Source of the DNA: Candidatus Thorarchaeota archaeon
Lineage (GTDB): Archaea > Asgardarchaeota > Thorarchaeia > Thorarchaeales > Thorarchaeaceae
Direction of reading: 5' to 3'
Assembly: GCA_019057475.1 (NCBI GenBank)
Contig: DXJO01000038.1
Span: 59,725-123,724 of the forward strand
Length of the DNA stretch: 64,000 nucleotides
The translations under genes were made by a program, and so were the position numbers. The notes beneath the pieces were generated by a model. It searched no databases. It was given only the letters and a program-made list of their open reading frames with translations, and had not been told where the DNA came from. Shown here one piece after another: positions 8,796 to 18,719 of the stretch (position 1 is its first letter; every line of letters starts with the position of its first letter).

Positions 8796-9581
8796 ATGAA
8801 GGTCATGAAGATACCATGGGACTGGGACTCCAAGGAGATACAGATAGTCACTTTGCTCGTGATAGTACTCCTCCTGTTTGCGCCGTTATTCTTTGGTCTG
8901 TACATAATCTACGTGAATCCTCCTCTGGCAAGTGTAGAATATGGTGGTGAAGACACGTTCGTCAGCTCTCTAGACTCTAGTGAACATTCGACAGACCCAA
9001 TTATCAGAATCAGCAATTATACTGATGACGGTCATGAAACAGTCGAGATTGGCTTCTTTGAATTCGACTATGTACCTTTGCCAGGTGGCGGAGAGGTCGT
9101 TGCCGTGTACTTCAGTTTCTCTTGCGACGAGGTATTATCAGGTGGTTTGGTCCTATTCCACACCATAGAAAATGAGAGCCTGTGGAGCCCTTTCGTCACC
9201 GATCTTGAGAATCTGACCTACGCGAGCATGCCTTCGTATCACTCAACGCCATTTACCACGACTGATGTGGCAGCAAACGGAACCTACACAGTCAAGCTCT
9301 CTTCGCCTGGCGGACCTGCTGAGAATCATCTTTCCGCAGTTGTAGTGGTTGTAATTACTGCTGAACAAGGAGTTCGGCTTCTGCTAGATTCCCTTGAATC
9401 GTCTGTGGTATCACGTGTACCGCGGATGATTGTGTACCAAACAATCGGATTCATGATCCGGAATCCTTTGGTATACTACCTACATCCTTTGTCCTTAGTG
9501 CCTGTGCTCGCCGCAGCCATCTTGTTGAAAGTTCTCTATCAAAAGGTCAGAGCCCAGAAAACCGCTTTCACACCCGGCTAG
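8796..9581 (+). CDS. Membrane-anchored surface protein, DNRLRE/CBM96-like domain between N- and C-terminal TM helices
   Basis: N-terminal TM (IVTLLVIVLLLFAPLFFGLYIIYV), EDTFVSS...GFFEFDYVPLPGGGEVVAVYFSF pattern, C-terminal TM followed by basic residues. Confidence 0.6.
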   Translation: MKVMKIPWDWDSKEIQIVTLLVIVLLLFAPLFFGLYIIYVNPPLASVEYGGEDTFVSSLDSSEHSTDPIIRISNYTDDGHETVEIGFFEFDYVPLPGGGEVVAVYFSFSCDEVLSGGLVLFHTIENESLWSPFVTDLENLTYASMPSYHSTPFTTTDVAANGTYTVKLSSPGGPAENHLSAVVVVVITAEQGVRLLLDSLESSVVSRVPRMIVYQTIGFMIRNPLVYYLHPLSLVPVLAAAILLKVLYQKVRAQKTAFTPG

Positions 9582-9680
9582 TTGCTGGACATTGTAGCGA
9601 TATTGACCGGTTTGAGGCTGAGCTGTCTGAACGTGAAGCTGTGAGCATGGGGAAATGGCTTCTGTCAACCTCATCTGGGT

Positions 9681-9700
9681 AGAAGAAATGGTAGCGGGTG
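9681..9700 (-). repeat. 20-bp exact copy of tRNA-iMet 3' end plus flank (att-like)
   Basis: AGAAGAAATGGTAGCGGGTG identical to 11414-11433. Confidence 0.85.
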
Positions 9701-9756
9701 GTGACTTCTGAGAGCATTTATGAGCGGTCTGGAATATGGTATAGCGGGTATGAACT

Positions 9757-10245
9757 GTGCGATATGGCTTGGAAGCAGCAGGAGTGATCATTCTGGCCCT
9801 TTTAGTAGCTACATCCTTGTACTGGTCATATCAATCATATCTATCATATCGATTCAGTGTGGTCGAATTCGAGAAAACATACTTCGAAGGAGAAATGTAT
9901 TCGGGCCCAAACAGTGAAGGTAGATGGAGTGTTCACTTTCCTGCTCAATCAATCAACTGGACCATTGAGATCGACATAATGTTTCTGGAAGACAGCTTTG
10001 ACCTTGTAGTCGTTTTTGGCTTCCTCTCTTGGGACGAATATCAGAGTAGGAGAGAAGACGACCCCAGTGTCATCTATCTAGAGAAAATCAATGTATCAGA
10101 AATCACGGAAACAATTACGATGGACCTTCAGGCACATCAAAGCACAATTCGAATCCTGCTAAATCATGAGAGCAGCTTAACCCTGACAGGGCACATTGTG
10201 GCACGATGTCTTGCCCCCAGATGGGCACGTTGGGATCCCCAGTAG
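9757..10245 (+). CDS. N-terminally membrane-anchored hypothetical protein
   Basis: Hydrophobic N-terminus (AAGVIILALLVATSLYWSY) then beta-rich soluble domain. Confidence 0.7.
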   Translation: MRYGLEAAGVIILALLVATSLYWSYQSYLSYRFSVVEFEKTYFEGEMYSGPNSEGRWSVHFPAQSINWTIEIDIMFLEDSFDLVVVFGFLSWDEYQSRREDDPSVIYLEKINVSEITETITMDLQAHQSTIRILLNHESSLTLTGHIVARCLAPRWARWDPQ

Positions 10246-10328
10246 CACTGATTCATTCGCTGACCTGCGTTGAGCAAACTGTGTAACCGCTAATGGTAAG
10301 GCCATGATGCCAATGAGTCACATAGAAG

Positions 10329-10345
10329 AGAAACGGTGGCGGGTG
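10329..10345 (-). repeat. Degenerate copy of tRNA-iMet 3' end (att-like)
   Basis: AGAAACGGTGGCGGGTG, 15/17 to 11417-11433; abuts the TPR gene stop codon. Confidence 0.7.
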
Positions 10346-10346
10346 G

Positions 10347-11249
10347 TCACGCATCCTTGACCTTTGCTTTATTCCGTGGTATGAGAAAACCATTCTCATC
10401 GCGCATAGCATCCGGATTGATCCTGAAAAGCTCGCTCAAAGCAAACCTCGTACTCGATGCATCTTTCTCGCGACCCATCTCATTGTAGATTTCGACTAGT
10501 TGCTCCCATCCATCTACGAAGTCAGGCCTGAGATTCAAGGACCTCTGTATTGCATACTCAGCTTGTTTCAGATACCCCCCTTCCATATACATCTGGGATA
10601 GCCGCCACCAATGGTCCATCTCATTATTCCCTAATTCTACAACTCGTTCCTGTGCTCTAATCCCCTCTCTAAGCCGCGCCTGCGCATACAGGGTCCTTGC
10701 GAGTAAGGCCCAAGCTCTCAAATCGCTCTGATTATTCTCGATAATGGAGCGCGTTAAGTTCTCAGCTTCTTGATATCTTTCCACATGAACCAACATTATC
10801 GCAAAGAAGAGGCGACTGTTCCTATCTTCGGAATCAATCTCCAGGGCTCTCCTAAAGGCCGATTCGGCTTCTTCATTTATCACGTCAGTGAACAGTACTC
10901 CGAGTGTACACCACACCTTCACATTGTCAGGCTGCAGTTTCACTGCTTTCTGTAGAAACATCTCAGCTTCATTCCATCGATCATCTATGGTCATGAGATA
11001 AGCTGCATAAGCTGTCATGGCCCACCAGTGATCTGGATCTATGCGAAGAGCAGTAAGATAGCAGGTTTCTGCATTCTCATAATTCCCTGTGCTGGCTAGT
11101 AGCCTTCCAAGATTCGCCCATGGCTCCACGAAGACTGGGTCGTACCCGATTGATTTCTTGTAAGCTTCAAGGGCTTCTTGGTGTTTGCCGTTCTCTGCAA
11201 GTCTATTTGCCCTCTTGTTCCATTCATATGCATCCTTACTCGCTGTCAT
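10347..11249 (-). CDS. Tetratricopeptide repeat (TPR) protein
   Basis: Repeated TPR units (W..LG...A...Y..AL..DP). Track start 11447 lies inside the tRNA, so ATG 11249 (or 11279) is preferred. Confidence 0.88.
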   Translation of the reverse strand: MTASKDAYEWNKRANRLAENGKHQEALEAYKKSIGYDPVFVEPWANLGRLLASTGNYENAETCYLTALRIDPDHWWAMTAYAAYLMTIDDRWNEAEMFLQKAVKLQPDNVKVWCTLGVLFTDVINEEAESAFRRALEIDSEDRNSRLFFAIMLVHVERYQEAENLTRSIIENNQSDLRAWALLARTLYAQARLREGIRAQERVVELGNNEMDHWWRLSQMYMEGGYLKQAEYAIQRSLNLRPDFVDGWEQLVEIYNEMGREKDASSTRFALSELFRINPDAMRDENGFLIPRNKAKVKDA

Positions 11250-11421
11250 TATTTCTCTCAATTGCTGATGAATCGCCATTCCTATTGAAGTCCTATTGGC
11301 CACAGAATCCAAGTTGCTGCACTTTGACCAAGCGCTCTGGTGCAAGAAACCTCTCGAGCCAATCTTGCCAGCGCTATCTTGATGTTCAATATGATGAGCA
11401 ATTTGGAATGAAGAGAAGAAA

Positions 11422-11535
11422 TGGTAGCGGGTGAATGATTCGAACATTCGATCTCAGGGTTCCTCAAATGCCCGTTTCTTAAAAAACAGGCTTAATATGA
11501 GCCCTGCGGGATAGGCCTGGCTTCCCCAACCCGCT
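11422..11535 (-). tRNA. Initiator tRNA-Met(CAT) with 35-nt intron at 37/38 (11461-11495), CCA encoded
   Basis: AGCGGGT acceptor (A1-U72), CAGGG-CTCATA[intron]A-CCCTG with three G-C pairs, TTCGAAT loop; BHB helix CTCA/TGAG. Confidence 0.95.
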
Positions 11536-11771
11536 ATTTGAACAAACAGGTGCCAGAATGAAAACATTCTCGCTGCTTGCATCTCTCGAATCACGTCACG
11601 CGGGTTTTAAGGGTTTTCATAGGCCGAGTCAAGAAGCTTTCTTTCGTTTCTGTCTTCGCCGTTCTCTCGCCTCGTCTTCCTTCAGTGGGGTGTATAAGAC
11701 CTATCAATGCATCCAGAACTGACAAATGCTATCCTACATGATGAGAAGCTACAATCATCCGGTGAGGGACA

Positions 11772-12029
11772 ATGATTTTCGAGTTGGCGCTACTTGCAGT
11801 TATCTACACAATCTGGATCGTTCTGCTAGTCAACGCCATGGTTTCAAGCGAGGAGGTATCACTCACCATTGCTACCTTGCCCTTCATAGTGACTTTCCCA
11901 CTCGCCCTGCTCCTGGCAGCGTCAGCGGAGGTCACTATGCCAGGGGTCTTCGCAATCGATGTCCTACTCACGTTGGTCGTTGGGGTATTACTCTTCGTGA
12001 GATGGGTTATGGCCATAGTTGGCGAATAG
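11772..12029 (+). CDS. Small three-TM membrane protein
   Basis: 85 aa, three hydrophobic segments, RBS-like GGTGAGG upstream. Confidence 0.7.
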   Translation: MIFELALLAVIYTIWIVLLVNAMVSSEEVSLTIATLPFIVTFPLALLLAASAEVTMPGVFAIDVLLTLVVGVLLFVRWVMAIVGE

Positions 12030-12068
12030 ACTCACAGAAGAAGGATGCAGAAATAGAATTACACGGGC

Positions 12069-12230
12069 TTACTTGCCCTTGCGCTTGAACTCGGTATAGC
12101 CACAGCGCCCGCAGGCGAACCGGTCATAGTGTTCGGCCATGAATGTGCCTTTCTCGCATCGCGGGCACGTTCTCTTGGTCGATGTGACCTCTCCAGTCTT
12201 GGTGTCGACTTTGTACATCTTGTGACCCAC
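12069..12230 (-). CDS. rps27ae: 30S ribosomal protein S27ae (eS31)
   Basis: Missed by track. Hand translation: MGHKMYKVDTKTGEVTSTKRTCPRCEKGTFMAEHYDRFACGRCGYTEFKRKGK. Confidence 0.95.
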   Translation of the reverse strand: MGHKMYKVDTKTGEVTSTKRTCPRCEKGTFMAEHYDRFACGRCGYTEFKRKGK

Positions 12231-12527
12231 TTACTTGCCCTCCTCTTTCTTCGCTTCATTCCTTTTGATCATATAGGCCAGCTCGATTCTCTTCATCTGC
12301 TCTGGGTCTGAGTAGATTCTAGCAGTGCCCTCGGTGATACCAACGCCAAACTTCGTTGTGAGTGTTTCTATAGCAACAGCCAATGGGTCTGCATCAAACT
12401 GTGCGACAATCTTGGACTTGATGTCCGCCCTGCTTGGAGTTGTGCCTCCAACATGATCAACTCTGAAGTCGATCTCTCTCCTAGCGAGGGGCTTGTTGTC
12501 TTTTTCGCGAAGAATTTCAATCTTCAT
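12231..12527 (-). CDS. rps24e: 30S ribosomal protein S24e
   Basis: KDNKPLARREI...TPSRADIK...TKFGVG.TEGTARIY. Confidence 0.95.
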   Translation of the reverse strand: MKIEILREKDNKPLARREIDFRVDHVGGTTPSRADIKSKIVAQFDADPLAVAIETLTTKFGVGITEGTARIYSDPEQMKRIELAYMIKRNEAKKEEGK

Positions 12528-12637
12528 CGGCATCACTTCTAGTTCTATGACCTCCCCTGAGGCCAGTCAGCCCTCCCACCAGGGGTTGTCTAATAAAGCT
12601 TTCACCATCAACAACGTAAACGCGATGTCTGTTCGTC

Positions 12638-12850
12638 TTACCGAACCTTCAGAGCGTACTTACCCGGCTTCTCGATGTTGAGACGTTCTGCGATATACGA
12701 TGTCTTCCGTGGGTCATCTTTTGGATTTCTACCTGGCAGAATCACAACAATGCCTGTGTATGACGTAGACAGACTCGTACTCTTACAATTTGGACACTGA
12801 GTTTCGTTAGTCAAGTAGTGACAATCTCTGCACGCCTTTAGTTTTGCCAC
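12638..12850 (-). CDS. spt4: Transcription elongation factor Spt4 (RpoE'')
   Basis: ACRDCHYL...CPNC, YTGIVVI, PGKYALKVR. Confidence 0.95.
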   Translation of the reverse strand: MAKLKACRDCHYLTNETQCPNCKSTSLSTSYTGIVVILPGRNPKDDPRKTSYIAERLNIEKPGKYALKVR

Positions 12851-12866
12851 GTGATTTCCCTCTCAG

Positions 12867-13469
12867 CTATTTCTTCTTCTTTTTCTTGTCCTTCTTCCCT
12901 GTTTCGCCCCTTGCAGCCCTAACATCATCCTCGACCCACGAGAGCTGAGGCCCTATTTTACCGAGGAAGGGTTGGCGCATGGTTAGACCCAGTTTGCCTG
13001 ACCGAGATCCAGACTCGAAGCTTATGGAAGTTATTCGGGCACGAACTTGGTCGCCCTCCGAGAGGGTTCTGCCAGTTTCCTTGCCAAGCAGAGCACTTCC
13101 TTTCGTGTCCTGCGTAATGAAGTCATCACAAATTTGACTCACGTGGCAGAGACCGTCAAGTGGTCCCATTCGGATGAACGCACCGAAGTCCATCAGCTCA
13201 ACCACGTTGCCCTCCACAATCTCTTGTCTGATTGGCTTGAAGACTAGGACTTTGTATGCGACGCTGTGGTATGTCGCACCGTCACCGGGCATCAGACGAC
13301 CTTGGCCAATATCGTCAATATCTATGACTGCAATCACGAGACCTATGTCTCTATCCAGTACGTTCTCGTGGTTCTTCCTTAGGTGGTTCATGGCCGCCGC
13401 TTCCATGGGCTGACCAAACTCCTTCGGGGGAATCCGTACGATGTCTCTCACCGTGACAATGCTGTACAT
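12867..13469 (-). CDS. rpoE1: DNA-directed RNA polymerase subunit E' (Rpo7)
   Basis: VRIPPKEFG, GDGATYH, EIVEG.VVELMDFGAFIRMGPLDGLCHVSQI, LTMRQPFLGK. Confidence 0.96.
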   Translation of the reverse strand: MYSIVTVRDIVRIPPKEFGQPMEAAAMNHLRKNHENVLDRDIGLVIAVIDIDDIGQGRLMPGDGATYHSVAYKVLVFKPIRQEIVEGNVVELMDFGAFIRMGPLDGLCHVSQICDDFITQDTKGSALLGKETGRTLSEGDQVRARITSISFESGSRSGKLGLTMRQPFLGKIGPQLSWVEDDVRAARGETGKKDKKKKKK

Positions 13470-13600
13470 TTACAGACGCACCTCATATACATGACAACTT
13501 CTCGTAGAACAATCAGACCCTAGTCGCAACCACAGTGGTCCGGACCCTACGGCTCAGCGATGCATCAATTTGGTGCGAATAAAAACGTTGTGACATTGAC

Positions 13601-14017
13601 TCAAAAAACGGACCCTTCAAGGACCACTCTTTTCTTGCCTCTAAGCAATAACACTGGTATTCTGCGTTCTCGGGCTTTCCTTCTGAGTTCTCTATCGTTT
13701 GTGGCCAGTGCGCCCTTGACTAAAATTGCATACTCGAGAAGCTGGTCATCGACTGGCATTGCTGTTAGCGATTCTGGGACCTTGACCACCTTACATCTTT
13801 GGATGAGATCCCTGGCAATTTTGAAAACATACCTATCTGTTTTCCCAGCGCCTAGTCCCCCTTTCAATTCGATTTCTTTGACAGTTGACTCCAGCAGCAC
13901 GAACTCCACTCGCCTCTCTAGCACTCGCTCAATTTCAGAGAATATGTCTACTCCGAACTGTGCAGGCACTGCTAGGAAGTTTGTATCCAGTATAACTTGG
14001 TATGCCACTTTACTCAC
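13601..14017 (-). CDS. PIN-domain ribonuclease (Fcf1/Utp24-like)
   Basis: VILDTNFL, VDDQLL, ATNDRELRRKA; conserved position between aIF2g and rpoE'. Confidence 0.88.
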   Translation of the reverse strand: MSKVAYQVILDTNFLAVPAQFGVDIFSEIERVLERRVEFVLLESTVKEIELKGGLGAGKTDRYVFKIARDLIQRCKVVKVPESLTAMPVDDQLLEYAILVKGALATNDRELRRKARERRIPVLLLRGKKRVVLEGSVF

Positions 14018-14025
14018 AGGACCAA

Positions 14026-15267
14026 TCAGACGACTGCATGACCTATCAATCGCCACTTATTCTCGACTCTTCGACCGATTGCGATACGCTGTCCCTTCTT
14101 GACACACACTGGCCGTTTCAGTTCGAGCTCGACTTCATCTCCATGAAGCTTGGTAATGATTCCCACTGTGGGTGCGGTTCCAACAACGAGCATCAGAGGT
14201 TCCTTTAGTCTTAGATTGTCAACCTCTTTCTTTGATTCCATTCCCACAACTCTTTCCATAAGCTCGGGCTTAATCATGAGTTTGTACACTGCTTTTGGCG
14301 TTTTTCCTGCTTTGCCAACAATGTTGCCTACAAGCCTATCAGCGCGTGTGAAGGCTGGGTCCAAACCTGTACCGACACCAATCAATCCCCCAGGGTAAGC
14401 CTCTTCCAGCTGATTTCCGCTGCCCGAGAGCAGACTTGTAATCTTAGCCTTGATGGGTTTGAATCCCTTCTCAGTCTTTGCGCCAGGAGAAATCTCTATC
14501 TCATCACCAATCTTGAGTTTTCCCTGGATGATCGAGCCGCCAACTACTCCTCCCTGCAAATCAGCTGGTAGTGTGCCCGGTTTGTTGATATCAAAGGATC
14601 TGGCAACATACATCTTCGAATCGGCTTCATCATCTCTCTCTGGAGTTGGAATGACCTCCTCTACGGTTTGGATGAGGATATCTGCATTTGATCCGAAAAC
14701 GGCCGATATCGGTATTATTGGAGCATTTTCCGCGACTGTTCCCTTGACGAACTCCTTTATTTGCTGATAGTGCTTCAAGGCCTGCTCCTTGGAAACAAGC
14801 TCAATCTTATTCTGCACGATTATAATATTCCTGACTCCAGTGATATCTAGTGCGTGAAGATGCTCAGAGGTCTGTGGCATAGGGCATGGCTCATCTGCAG
14901 CTATCACCAGAATGGCGCCGTCCATCAGGCTAGCTCCACTAAGGCAGGTAGCCATCAGTGACTCGTGGCCAGGACTGTCTACAAATGATATCTCTCTGAG
15001 TGTTTCGAGCTTGCCGCCGCATTTCGCACACTTTCCTTCCTTTGCCATGTGCGACGTCGTGTACGCGTCGGGTTCGGGGCATTTTGTGCACTTCATTATA
15101 GTGGTAGCAGCATAGCCGAGTCGGATAGATATGCCACGTCTGACCTCATCAGAGTGACGATCAGTCCACTCTCCCGTGATGAGCTCCACCATCGTTGTCT
15201 TGCCGTGGTCGACATGGCCCAATGCGCCTATATTGACTTCAGACTGTCCCTCGTATTTCCTAGTCAC
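14026..15267 (-). CDS. eif2g: Translation initiation factor aIF-2 gamma
   Basis: [43 protein letters not shown]. Confidence 0.97.
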   Translation of the reverse strand: MTRKYEGQSEVNIGALGHVDHGKTTMVELITGEWTDRHSDEVRRGISIRLGYAATTIMKCTKCPEPDAYTTSHMAKEGKCAKCGGKLETLREISFVDSPGHESLMATCLSGASLMDGAILVIAADEPCPMPQTSEHLHALDITGVRNIIIVQNKIELVSKEQALKHYQQIKEFVKGTVAENAPIIPISAVFGSNADILIQTVEEVIPTPERDDEADSKMYVARSFDINKPGTLPADLQGGVVGGSIIQGKLKIGDEIEISPGAKTEKGFKPIKAKITSLLSGSGNQLEEAYPGGLIGVGTGLDPAFTRADRLVGNIVGKAGKTPKAVYKLMIKPELMERVVGMESKKEVDNLRLKEPLMLVVGTAPTVGIITKLHGDEVELELKRPVCVKKGQRIAIGRRVENKWRLIGHAVV

Positions 15268-15405
15268 CTAGTCTTCACTTCCGGCTGCGCCTTGTTCGTT
15301 ATGGTCGTCAAACTCATCTGGACCTCTTATGAAGTCTATGGTTTAAATGGAGAGATATCGCGTTAAGGCCTGCTATAGTGGCTCCTCCAAAATAGCACTC
15401 AGAAA

Positions 15406-15789
15406 CTATGCAGCTTTCATAACCAGCTCTTTTAGCGGAGCTGCACCTTTCTCTTCGACCCGCATATTTACTTGTGCGATATCAGGGCCAAGCTCTCCAC
15501 CTCGTACTGTCTTGCGCTTGGCAATCCCCTTCCTCTGGGGCCGAAATCCCGGTGGTCCTCGTATCAACACCCTCTTCTTTCCGCTACCATGAACGCCAGG
15601 TCGTATTGGAAAACCAGAAGAGTCGCTGCCGCCGGTAATCTTAAGCTTGTATCCTGGCAGGCCAATTACATCCCCCTCAATTATCTCTCCCACCGTTTTG
15701 CCAACCAGAGCATTTGTTTTTGCATCATCTAATTCATACTGGATGGCCTTTCCCGATTCGGGATCGCTGATTACTAGTTTGAATGGCAC
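15406..15789 (-). CDS. rps6e: 30S ribosomal protein S6e
   Basis: FKLVISDP, GYKLKITGGSDSSGFP, RKTVRG. Confidence 0.96.
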   Translation of the reverse strand: MPFKLVISDPESGKAIQYELDDAKTNALVGKTVGEIIEGDVIGLPGYKLKITGGSDSSGFPIRPGVHGSGKKRVLIRGPPGFRPQRKGIAKRKTVRGGELGPDIAQVNMRVEEKGAAPLKELVMKAA

Positions 15790-15977
15790 TTATCGATTCG
15801 CCTACCTGATGATATAGGGATGTCCGAAGTGGACTCCAACGGTAGCGAAAGTTGGTCACTTTATGAGGATTGTGGTCAGGCCGGACGGAAACGCAGGTCA
15901 CATCCCTGACACAAGCATTATAACAATCACAGGCTTTGCCCCGCAATCGGCACGTGCTCCGCCAGAAGTGATATCTT

Positions 15978-17153
15978 ATGGACCCAATGATTGTGCTCTT
16001 TATTATCGCAGCTATCTACATTGTGCTCTACATTGTCGGCAAAGCGATTGGAGTCAAAAAGCTGAGCGAGAGAGGTCTTGAGATCGGCACACCCTTCTTC
16101 TTGATGTTCAAGACGGAGCGATTGAACGCATTTCTTACGAAAATGGGTAAGAAGTTTCCAAAGGCATTCTTCAACCTGGGCATAATCGTTGCCTTTGGTG
16201 GGATGGCATTTGGCTTCTGGATGTTCGCAGAGAATCTGCTCAAGTTCTTCATTCAGCCTGCTACGGCTGGTGGCGTGGTTCCGATAATCCCGGGAGTCAC
16301 CATAACCGGCCTGCCACTATACTACATGATAATTGCTCTCGCAGTCACTCTTCTAACTCATGAGTTTGCGCACGGGTTAGCTTCATCCCGAGATGACATT
16401 CCCATTAAGAGTTCAGGTCTCATCTCCTTTTTCGTACTCTTCGGCGCCTTTGTAGAGCCCGATGAGGAATACTTCGAGAAGGAAGCAAGTCCAAGAGCAC
16501 GCATGCGTCTTCTTGCTGCTGGTTCATATGCCAACCTAATCTGGGGACTCATTTTCCTTCTCATCATCGCCAACTTTACTCCTATGATGTCTATTGCGTT
16601 CAACTCTCCCAGTGGAGCATACATTTACGATGTTTCTTCAGGAACGCCTGCCGCCGACGCAACTCTGCAAATAGGCGACGTCATTATTGGACTCAACGAT
16701 ACAACAATTGAAAGCTGGAGCGATGTCGGCTTGTATATGACTGATACCGAGTCGGGAGCCACGCTCACAATACATCGCTTGAGCAACTACTCCCTCACAG
16801 TAACGCTTGCAGCGCACAAAGACAACGCATCCAGAGGCTACATAGGTGTGTATGGTGCTGACTACTGGGAACCAAAGACTGGTTGGGGCTGGATTCCTGG
16901 AGGCCCGATGTTCGCGTTCCACATGCAGCAGATACTACAGTGGTGTTTCCTAATCCTGATTTCAGTTGCTCTCTTCAATCTCCTTCCAATACCAATGCTG
17001 GATGGTGACAAACTGCTGTCTAATGGATTGAGCCTATTCATTGATGATGAGAAGACAATCAAACTGATCATGTGGCCTATGAGAATCTTATCATTATCCA
17101 TAGTGCTTCTTAGCATCGGCCTCTCTCTATGGTTTGGAAAGGGTCTATTCTAG
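15978..17153 (+). CDS. Site-2 protease (M50 family) with PDZ domain
   Basis: HEFAH, GAFVEPDE, PDZ-like GDVIIGLN, FNLLPIPMLDGD. Confidence 0.93.
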   Translation: MDPMIVLFIIAAIYIVLYIVGKAIGVKKLSERGLEIGTPFFLMFKTERLNAFLTKMGKKFPKAFFNLGIIVAFGGMAFGFWMFAENLLKFFIQPATAGGVVPIIPGVTITGLPLYYMIIALAVTLLTHEFAHGLASSRDDIPIKSSGLISFFVLFGAFVEPDEEYFEKEASPRARMRLLAAGSYANLIWGLIFLLIIANFTPMMSIAFNSPSGAYIYDVSSGTPAADATLQIGDVIIGLNDTTIESWSDVGLYMTDTESGATLTIHRLSNYSLTVTLAAHKDNASRGYIGVYGADYWEPKTGWGWIPGGPMFAFHMQQILQWCFLILISVALFNLLPIPMLDGDKLLSNGLSLFIDDEKTIKLIMWPMRILSLSIVLLSIGLSLWFGKGLF

Positions 17154-17270
17154 CTGCGCCATGGCTCAGTTGGAAACAGAGCGGTACTCAGTATATTATC
17201 ACGCCATTCCATCTAGCTTGGGATTCTCGGACCTAAAAAGGAACTATAGGGACATTCCGAATGATACAAA

Positions 17271-17693
17271 ATGATAAGCACTCAGATTGGGACAGTATCT
17301 GATGTCCGTGAAAAAACCAGAAAGGCGCTTACCGACTATCTTACAATGTTTCTACCTGGATCGTGGCAAGAACCACTTGCAAAGCTGAAACTGATACTTC
17401 AGCTAAATGAAGCGATTGACTGGGAGGCCCTGAAGGGACACACTCTGTTATTCTTTGATGAGATGCGTCTCTCCGATGATCGTGTAGAAGCATTGGCTCG
17501 TATCGAACGCGTTGCTGAGGCCTTCAAGGGGATCCATAGCACCCTGTCACCTGCAGATTGGCACAGAACGGTAGATGATATCATCCAAGCTGCGAACTTC
17601 CGTGCGTCAAAGGTTGCAGTTCAGGCTAGACAGGTCCGGCCGTTAGTCAAGGAGAAGGATGAATCACCTAAAGAACTGCGTTCCAAAAAATAG
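17271..17693 (+). CDS. Hypothetical helical protein
   Basis: 140-aa ORF filling the intergenic gap, protein-like composition. Confidence 0.7.
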   Translation: MISTQIGTVSDVREKTRKALTDYLTMFLPGSWQEPLAKLKLILQLNEAIDWEALKGHTLLFFDEMRLSDDRVEALARIERVAEAFKGIHSTLSPADWHRTVDDIIQAANFRASKVAVQARQVRPLVKEKDESPKELRSKK

Positions 17694-17773
17694 CACCTTG
17701 TTTCCTCCATCCTCTATCAGATGTAAACAAGCAGTTTTAACGAGACTGCTACAGAGGTCTGTCGGAGTGTCCG

Positions 17774-18718
17774 ATGTCCCAGAAATGCTCGAAGTGTGAT
17801 TCCCCTGCCGTGTACTTGCGGCGATACACGTCGGAAGCACTTTGCAAGTCATGTCTAATCAAGACAACACTAAGCCGCGTTAGACGCACAATTAACCGCA
17901 AGAAGATGCTCCAAAGGGATGATCGAGTAGCGGTGGCCATCTCTGGTGGGAAAGATAGCGCAGTCTTACTGGACGTGCTTCACCGGATTGAAAGCAACTT
18001 TCCCGATTCAGAGCTTATTCCAGTAACAATTGATGAGGGCATTAAGGGATACAGGGACGAGGCGCTGGAATCAGCAAAGACACTTACGCATTCATTGGGA
18101 CTGAAGCTCGAGATCCGATCGTTTGAGGACATATTCGGGCTTTCACTGGATGAGATAGTGCAACTTCGCAGCGACATCACTGTTGGTGCTTGTTCATACT
18201 GTGGTGTCTTAAGGCGGAGAGCGCTAAACATTGCAGCTTTCGATATCGGTGCTGATGTCATAGCCACCGGTCATAATCTTGATGACGAAGCACAGACAAT
18301 CATGATGAACATGATGCGCGGTGATAGTCAGCGAATTGTGCGAACTAATCGCCCTCGGGACAAGCCTGTTGAGGGGCTAGTTTCCCGTATCAAGCCCATA
18401 CTAGAGTTATCCGAGCGTGATGTTGTCGCGTATTCCCATCATCTTGAACTGCCCTACCATGATGTGCCATGCCCCTACTACAGGGAGGCAATGCGCAACG
18501 ATTTGAGGGATTTCTTAAATGAGATGGAGCACAAACGTCCGGGAACTCTTCTTGCGATTCTTCGTTCGGGTGAGGCAATTACTGCATCTTTAGAAGCGAA
18601 TTCACACGCACTCCAATCTGAAAGGTGCGAGAAGTGTGGAGAGGTTACTTCTGGCCGGATCTGCAAGGTATGCAGATTGATGGATGAATTGCCAAAAAAG
18701 AAGAGGATAGCTGGTTAG
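17774..18718 (+). CDS. tRNA 2-thiolation protein TtuA/Ncs6 family
   Basis: N-terminal CxxC..CxxC, SGGKDS, CSYCGVLRR, ATGHNLDD, C-terminal CEKC..CKVC. Confidence 0.92.
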   Translation: MSQKCSKCDSPAVYLRRYTSEALCKSCLIKTTLSRVRRTINRKKMLQRDDRVAVAISGGKDSAVLLDVLHRIESNFPDSELIPVTIDEGIKGYRDEALESAKTLTHSLGLKLEIRSFEDIFGLSLDEIVQLRSDITVGACSYCGVLRRRALNIAAFDIGADVIATGHNLDDEAQTIMMNMMRGDSQRIVRTNRPRDKPVEGLVSRIKPILELSERDVVAYSHHLELPYHDVPCPYYREAMRNDLRDFLNEMEHKRPGTLLAILRSGEAITASLEANSHALQSERCEKCGEVTSGRICKVCRLMDELPKKKRIAG

Positions 18719-18719
18719 T

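Noticed and set aside
8572-11433. CRISPR interpretation of the repeated 17-20-mer
   Set aside because: The intervals are 0.65-1.1 kb and contain whole genes, the repeat is a tRNA 3' end, and no cas genes are present.
11250-11447. N-terminal extension of the TPR ORF in the track
   Set aside because: It runs into the tRNA-iMet gene; TPR repeats only start after the Met at 11249.
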